This document shows, one piece after another, positions 57,881 to 63,122 of a stretch of DNA of 63,122 bases. Position 1 is the stretch's first letter. Every line of letters starts with the position of its first letter. A model generated the notes under the pieces. It saw only the letters and a list, made by a program, of their open reading frames with translations. It had not been told where the DNA came from and did no database searches. Origin of the DNA: a candidate division WOR-3 bacterium (GTDB lineage: Bacteria; Hydrothermota; Tepidihabitantia; B3-TA06); contig JAGMDF010000109.1 in the NCBI GenBank assembly GCA_023128825.1, forward strand, positions 1-63,122, read 5' to 3'. The position numbers and the translations under genes are program-made.

Positions 57881-59845
57881 ATGAGACCGAGGCTATTGCA
57901 TAGTAGAGGTAAGGGAATCCTGGGAGGCATAATCCTTCTTGGGTTGACTACCAGCATTGCGATGGCAGATGCAGTGGTACACCTACATACCTTCCTTTCC
58001 CCTGAGTCAACATCAATTAATGTTAAAGGAATGCTTAACTCTATCTCGAGGTTTCCCCCAAAAGCGTTTGGAGATAGTGTACCGGTCATGATTCAGTTCT
58101 ACGATAGCCTTAATCGACCCGAGCCAGGGGTCTTATGTAATCTCACCGTCGGATCGAAAAAGTTCAAACAGATCTCTAACCAATCCGGTGAGGTACTTTT
58201 TTGGATTCCCTCAGAAAAGATCTCCAAAAGAATCAAGTGCACAGCACACCCCAATCGCTCTGTCGAAGCCCTTTATTTGATATTCGGGAGCCAGCAAACA
58301 GGATTTCAAATCGCTTTCGGTAATGAAGTTGGCTTTGAGACAGGTGAGGGATTGCTTGAGCTGAAAGATGACGGCATCAGGGTACTTTACCCGGTGGGAT
58401 ATATAAAGGAAGCCAACGAGATGTTATCTGTCCTTAAGGAAGAAAAAGAAATTATCGAACGAGCCACTAAGATGAAACTGCATCCCTTGAAGATTATCCT
58501 GGTCGATGGAAGCGATCTCGGGCTTTGTGTTGGGGGATATGGAATACCTTTGCAGCAAGCCCAGTCTTATACGAATGTAGCAAAATACAAGGTTTTACCA
58601 CACGAGTGGGTGGAGGTTTCTCTTGTTATCAACTACGGGATTTACGAAGATTCAATGAATCGCTGGATTGGTGACGGCTTGGCGAATTATATCGCGCTTG
58701 AGGTTTGCAAGCAGTTCTATCCGCGACATCTTCAGCAGGTGGCTATAGGCATATATGAATACAGAGAGTCCAGCCAGGTTTACGATCTTCGAAGTTGGCT
58801 CTCACCTGACGCCGAAAGACGAGTTTCCAAAGAAGGCCGTGAGTTGCCCAAAGGTGAAGGGACGACCCCTGTTGGCTGGCATGGTTACGATCTCGCCCCT
58901 TACTTCTGGGCAAAGGTGGTTGATAAATCAGGGAATCCTGAGATAATAGCCGATTTTCTTGCTGAATACCAACAACAAGAAGACAAAAGCCAGCAAAACG
59001 CCATTGCGATTCTTTCGCGTCAGAGCGGCCTGGACATAGATAAGGAACTGGTTATTACGGGTAAAGAATTCTTAGAGAACGTCAACCGCTACTGGGCGAT
59101 CCCTATCCCTCCCTCTGGAATGAATTTAATCTTCGCCGGAAATCCATTCTTAATGGGTGATAGTTCCGAGGAAAGTACTTCTACCGTCCGGAATGTGCAG
59201 CTTGAAAGCTTCTTCCTCGATCGCTACGAAGTTACCAATAAGCAGTTCTATGAGTTCCTCAACGAGATGGGCAACCAGAAGGAGGGTGGCTCCTACTGGC
59301 TGGACGAATGGAACTACCCGGAAATCTTACATGAGGATGGTCTATACCGAGTCAAGTCCGGCTATGAGAACTACCCGGTGCGTCAGGTTAGCTGGTACGG
59401 CGCTACGGCTTACGCAAAATGGGCAGGCAAGAGATTACCGACCGAAGCTGAATGGGAGTTTGCGGCATCGAACAACGGCACAACCTACTATCCCTGGGAT
59501 GACAAAAAATGGCATGACGATTATTGCAACTGGGGTGAAGGAGGTGAACTGGACAGCTTTGCATCCACAGCTCCGGTGGATACCTTTCCCAAGAGCAGTA
59601 ATCATTACCAATGCTTGAGTATGGTTGGCAATGTTTCCGAATGGGTGGCCGACTGGTACGCGCCATATGATGTGGCCGATACCGTAAATCCGCAAGGGCC
59701 TGATACCGGTGAACTCAAAGTCCACCGGGGCGGAAGTTACAACGACGGAAAAGAATGGCAAACAACTAAATCAAGAAGGGGAGCCGATCCCGCTGTCGCA
59801 TCGCCATTTATCGGATTCCGCTGCGCTGCGGATGTGCCTGAGTAG
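57881..59845 (+). CDS. secreted protein with C-terminal formylglycine-generating-enzyme (SUMF1/FGE-sulfatase) domain
   Basis: LDRYEVTNKQFYEFL, VSWYGATAYAKWAGKRLPTEAEWEFAA, NVSEWVADWY, HRGGSY and GFRCA. The N-terminal 400 aa are unassigned. Confidence 0.9.
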   Translation: MRPRLLHSRGKGILGGIILLGLTTSIAMADAVVHLHTFLSPESTSINVKGMLNSISRFPPKAFGDSVPVMIQFYDSLNRPEPGVLCNLTVGSKKFKQISNQSGEVLFWIPSEKISKRIKCTAHPNRSVEALYLIFGSQQTGFQIAFGNEVGFETGEGLLELKDDGIRVLYPVGYIKEANEMLSVLKEEKEIIERATKMKLHPLKIILVDGSDLGLCVGGYGIPLQQAQSYTNVAKYKVLPHEWVEVSLVINYGIYEDSMNRWIGDGLANYIALEVCKQFYPRHLQQVAIGIYEYRESSQVYDLRSWLSPDAERRVSKEGRELPKGEGTTPVGWHGYDLAPYFWAKVVDKSGNPEIIADFLAEYQQQEDKSQQNAIAILSRQSGLDIDKELVITGKEFLENVNRYWAIPIPPSGMNLIFAGNPFLMGDSSEESTSTVRNVQLESFFLDRYEVTNKQFYEFLNEMGNQKEGGSYWLDEWNYPEILHEDGLYRVKSGYENYPVRQVSWYGATAYAKWAGKRLPTEAEWEFAASNNGTTYYPWDDKKWHDDYCNWGEGGELDSFASTAPVDTFPKSSNHYQCLSMVGNVSEWVADWYAPYDVADTVNPQGPDTGELKVHRGGSYNDGKEWQTTKSRRGADPAVASPFIGFRCAADVPE

Positions 59846-59884
59846 CACGTAACAAAATGTAGGGGCCGCTCATGCCTCGCCTAA

Positions 59885-60121
59885 CTACAGCGAGAGGAAT
59901 ACTATCGCTGCAATGGCCGCTGCGATACCCACGATACGCTTCCAGGTTAAAGGCTCGCGGAAGAAGATGATGGAAAAGATCACGATCACCAGGACGTACT
60001 GTGAGGTCAAAGGGACGACGACGTTCAGAGGGCCGCCCTTCTGAAGCGCACGGTTGAAGGCAAGCGCGGCAATGAGGGCGCTGATCCCGGCAAGGGCTCT
60101 GTCCAGACCAGCTTTACATTC
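59885..60121 (-). pseudogene. 3' fragment of an EamA/DMT-type transporter gene
   Basis: It reads ...AGISALIAALAFNRALQKGGPLNVVVPLTSQYVLVIVIFSIIFFREPLTWKRIVGIAAAIAAIVFLSL*. It is preceded by an in-frame TGA and has no start codon. Confidence 0.5.
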
Positions 60122-60182
60122 TCAAAGGCCTGCACTCGACTACTGAACCGTTCAGCATCATTATAGCCAACTGAACTGATGA

Positions 60183-60211
60183 CTTGACAATACGGCACTG
60201 GAGGGTTATAG
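60183..60211 (+). promoter_or_regulatory. sigma70-like promoter (TTGACA-N17-TATAGT)
   Basis: Hexamers are 32 nt upstream of the ATG at 60244. Confidence 0.45.
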
Positions 60212-60243
60212 TTCAGGTATGAGGACGACACTAAAGGCTCGTG

Positions 60244-61260
60244 ATGGCAGATAAGTACGATCCTGATAAGGATTACGCCGAGTATCTGGAGTTGGCTAAA
60301 AGCCAGGAAGAACTCGAAGACCGCATAGCTAAGCTGCTGGAAGAGCGCCAAAAGCTCAAGGAGAAGGCAGACAGGCATCTTGAGAGGGCCGGACAGGCGG
60401 TGAATTTCGATTTCATCAAGACCGCAGCCCACGAGTTCCAGGTGGAGATCCTAAACGAGATAACCAAGGCCGTAATCGAGTCAAACAATCTGGAGAAAGC
60501 GGTAAAACTCATAGATCATCTCGAGACCCACCTTGAGGCGCGCCTGCGTCTTACACCCAAACGTGAAGACGAGGCGACCAAAAAAAAGGCACCTCCTACC
60601 GTATCCCCGGCCATCGCGGCAAGAAAGAAACTCCAACCCACAGGGAAGCCCGCTCGTTTCGAACCAAGCAGACCAACAGAACAAGCACCTCCCACTCCAC
60701 CAGCAGGAGCAGGGAGGAACATAATAGAGCGCAGGACTATTCTTAACGATCGTCTCCACGAGATATGCCGCTACGAGTACGACAACGATCGGCTTACCCG
60801 TATGATCTTTCTTGGCCCCAACGGCAATCCACTCAGAACCCACCAGTTGATCTACAATAAGGACGGCGTCCTCGTTCAGGAAATCCACATCGACCGGGCA
60901 GGCATCACCCTGCAGGTATGCGACCGCGAGTTCAACAAACAGGACAAGATCGCAAAAGAGATCGTACGCAACCCCCATAACGAGGTGCTCCATACCGTAG
61001 AGTTCAGATACGACAGACACGCACGCCTTACAAAGAAAGAGTGGCGTGACTCGCGTCACAGAAGGATCAAGTCCTGGGAGTACCGCTACGAGAAGGACGC
61101 CGCAGAACCTTCAAAGATAATCTGGCGCGATGAACGCAACAAACCTTATGGATTCGTAGAACTGCGCTACGACGACAAGGAGCACATCATCGAGGAGACG
61201 AGCAAGGACCGCGCAGGCGATCTTATCCGAGCGATCACCTACCAGTACTTCTACGGTTGA
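60244..61260 (+). CDS. hypothetical cytoplasmic protein: coiled-coil N-terminus, Pro-rich linker, YD/RHS-like repeat C-terminus
   Basis: No signal peptide. Repeats YEYDNDRLTRM, FRYDRHARLTKKEW, YRYEKD and LRYDDKEHIIEE. The GTG at 60241 is an alternative start. Confidence 0.8.
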   Translation: MADKYDPDKDYAEYLELAKSQEELEDRIAKLLEERQKLKEKADRHLERAGQAVNFDFIKTAAHEFQVEILNEITKAVIESNNLEKAVKLIDHLETHLEARLRLTPKREDEATKKKAPPTVSPAIAARKKLQPTGKPARFEPSRPTEQAPPTPPAGAGRNIIERRTILNDRLHEICRYEYDNDRLTRMIFLGPNGNPLRTHQLIYNKDGVLVQEIHIDRAGITLQVCDREFNKQDKIAKEIVRNPHNEVLHTVEFRYDRHARLTKKEWRDSRHRRIKSWEYRYEKDAAEPSKIIWRDERNKPYGFVELRYDDKEHIIEETSKDRAGDLIRAITYQYFYG

Positions 61261-61334
61261 CATCAAGAGGGCAGCGGTGGTGGACCTCCAAACATCGGTT
61301 TCAGAAACACTTGGATAAATCATAAGGAGATTCT

Positions 61335-62909
61335 ATGCGTGTAGTGCGGCGTGAGGGGATGCGCGCGATTGATAAGCGGGCAACCGAAGGGTTTGGAATT
61401 CCCTCTCTGATTCTTATGGAAAATGCAGGGCGTGGGGTTGCCGAAACGATCGAGGAGTACTTTGAGCCGGAAGGCCTTTCTGTGCTGTGCGTCTCGGGCA
61501 AGGGAAATAACGGCGGGGACGGATTCGTGGTGGCGCGGCATCTGGCAAACTCCGGTGCCGAGGTTGAAATACTTCTCCTCGGAAAGATTGATAAACTGAA
61601 GGGCGACGCCCTTACCAACGCCGCCATCGCCAAGGACATGGGGTTGTTTATCGATGAGGTGGAGAGCGAGGACGCGCTGGCCGACTGGCAAGAAGGAATG
61701 GACGACTACGATGTGATAGTAGACGCAGTGCTGGGTACCGGATTCAAGCGTCCTCTCCAGGGACTGGCTGCCAAAGCAATAGGGCTGATCAACCAATCCG
61801 GGGCGTTCGTTGTGAGTGTTGATTTACCATCGGGGATTGAGGCGGACGGGACGGTAGAAGAACCCGAACTTGCAGTCGAGGCCGATCTCACCGTAACCAT
61901 GGCATACCTCAAGCCCTGCCACCTCTTATATCCCACCCGTCTGTACTGCGGCGACGTGTGGACGGCGGACATAGGCATCCCCAACACGATTCTGGATACC
62001 GAAGGAAAGCTCCGCCTGATGACCTTAGAGGATGCGGCAGCGCTCCTGCCCCAGCGCTCCCCTTCAGGCAACAAGGCGACCTTCGGCAAGGTATTGATAG
62101 TTGCCGGCTCCCGCGGGATGAGCGGAGCTGCGCGTCTGGCCGCGATGGCTGCCGCAAGAACAGGTGCAGGCCTCGTCTATCTGGGATTTCCGGAAACGAT
62201 GGCCGACGTGTTTGATTCAAGCCTTTTGGAGACGGTCAAGCACCCGCTTGCGGATACAGGCGACGGTCACCTGGCAGAGGGTGCGGCAGATGAGATATTA
62301 AAGATGGCCGATGACGTCAAGCTTTTAGCGATCGGCCCGGGGCTGGGAACGCATCCGGAAACGGTGGAGCTCGTTAAGCGGTTGTTCGCCGAATGGCGCA
62401 AACCGATGATTGTTGATGCGGACGGAATCAACGCCATCGCTACGGAGTCCAGGCTGCTTGAGGGCAAGAAGCCACCCCTGATCCTTACCCCTCATCCGGG
62501 TGAGCTGGCAAGATTGATCGGAGGAGAAGCCAAAAAGATTGACCGCAAACGGCTGGATATTACACAGGAGCTTGCCCAGAAGTGGGGAGTCGTCCTGGTT
62601 CTTAAGGGAGCACCGACGATCACGGGTTGTCCTTCCGAGACATGGATCAACTCTACAGGCAACTCGGGCCTTGCCTCTGGTGGAACTGGGGACGTATTGA
62701 CCGGTATCATTGCAGGGCTGGTTGCGCAGGGCCTGGCCCTGGCCCCTGCCGCACGGCTGGGGGTGTGGCTTCACGGCGCGGCAGCCGATATTGCGATTGA
62801 GGAGTTGGGCGAACACTCGCTTGTTGCAGGGGACCTCTTGGATTATCTGCCCGATGCCATAGGCTCCTTGTTTGCCGACGAGGACGAAGAGATCTACGAG
62901 CCGGAGTAG
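61335..62909 (+). CDS. nnr: bifunctional NAD(P)H-hydrate repair enzyme (epimerase + ADP-dependent dehydratase)
   Basis: The YjeF-N motif is GKGNNGGDGFVVARHL. The C-terminal motifs are GPGLG, DADGIN, TPHPGE and GGTGDVLTG. Confidence 0.93.
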   Translation: MRVVRREGMRAIDKRATEGFGIPSLILMENAGRGVAETIEEYFEPEGLSVLCVSGKGNNGGDGFVVARHLANSGAEVEILLLGKIDKLKGDALTNAAIAKDMGLFIDEVESEDALADWQEGMDDYDVIVDAVLGTGFKRPLQGLAAKAIGLINQSGAFVVSVDLPSGIEADGTVEEPELAVEADLTVTMAYLKPCHLLYPTRLYCGDVWTADIGIPNTILDTEGKLRLMTLEDAAALLPQRSPSGNKATFGKVLIVAGSRGMSGAARLAAMAAARTGAGLVYLGFPETMADVFDSSLLETVKHPLADTGDGHLAEGAADEILKMADDVKLLAIGPGLGTHPETVELVKRLFAEWRKPMIVDADGINAIATESRLLEGKKPPLILTPHPGELARLIGGEAKKIDRKRLDITQELAQKWGVVLVLKGAPTITGCPSETWINSTGNSGLASGGTGDVLTGIIAGLVAQGLALAPAARLGVWLHGAAADIAIEELGEHSLVAGDLLDYLPDAIGSLFADEDEEIYEPE

Positions 62910-62913
62910 ACGA

Positions 62914-63122
62914 ATGGGCATCCTGGTTGCGCTTCTGGCATACATCTACAACCCATCAGACTGGCAGCACTACCCGCGCCTTGAAGATATCCGCAACTTC
63001 ACTGCCGACGCGTTCAACACGGTGTATATGATAACGAACGATGCAATCATCGAACTTGACGATGACTCCTCTACGCCTGAACGCATCTACGGCGAGGCTG
63101 AGGTACTGCCTGGGGATATAGC
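62914..63122 (+). CDS. 5' part of a hypothetical gene running off the window
   Basis: The frame stays open from the ATG at 62914 (MGILVALLAYIYNPSDWQHYPRLEDIRNFT...) to the window end, 4 nt after the nnr stop. Confidence 0.5.
   Translation, partial: MGILVALLAYIYNPSDWQHYPRLEDIRNFTADAFNTVYMITNDAIIELDDDSSTPERIYGEAEVLPGDI

Noticed and set aside
60025-60432. 135-aa minus-strand ORF.
   Set aside because: It overlaps the promoter and 5' end of the YD-like gene and the EamA remnant in another frame, and it has no motifs.
62325-62945. 206-aa minus-strand ORF.
   Set aside because: It is antisense to nnr, which has complete YjeF-N and kinase-like motifs.

Overview
This is a 63,122-nt chromosomal window, about 55-58% GC by eye. 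It comes from a Gram-negative-type bacterium. The lineage looks FCB-superphylum-like or related and uncultivated (inference only), based on sigma70-style TTGACA-N16/17-TAnnnT promoters and T9SS/FlgD-type C-terminal sorting domains (CTDs). I call about 50 protein genes, one tRNA-Ala(UGC), six gene remnants, and a set of promoters and terminators. Gene order: an aminotransferase 3' end; a STAS-like protein, a NarL-type response regulator and a 1,949-aa multi-PAS/GAF histidine kinase; a gamma-carbonic-anhydrase-like protein, a TPR/PBP lipoprotein and pyrR-pyrB-pyrC; a small polysaccharide cluster (GT2 synthase, epimerase, methyltransferase); GNAT, fmt and yajC; tRNA-Ala; a dtxR-feoA-feoB-TonB-receptor iron cluster; an FAD-linked oxidase, dapF and an NDP-sugar dehydrogenase; a secreted beta-helix repeat protein with an Slt-type lytic transglycosylase; two ECF sigma/anti-sigma modules; an FG-GAP/CTD surface protein with a beta-barrel-TPR fusion; a low-GC MvaI/BcnI-type restriction-modification island; two OmpA-family paralogs; gdhA; an FGE-domain protein; a YD-like repeat protein; and nnr. 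The most unusual content is non-coding. Almost every intergenic spacer is assembled from at least eight dispersed repeat families, labelled R1-R8 here. R2 and R1 are hairpin families with conserved flanks and covarying stems. R3/R4 are GTAG-hairpin REP-like elements. R7 is a set of CCGTAACAC-type decamer arrays that repeatedly supply the stop codon of the upstream gene. R8 is an 11-nt phased T-tract array. At least six genes look leaderless, with the start codon 5-6 nt (one at 9 nt) after a -10 box and no SD. I saw no CRISPR array, cas gene, transposase, integrase or rRNA. All homology statements come from reading motifs in the supplied translations; no database search was run.
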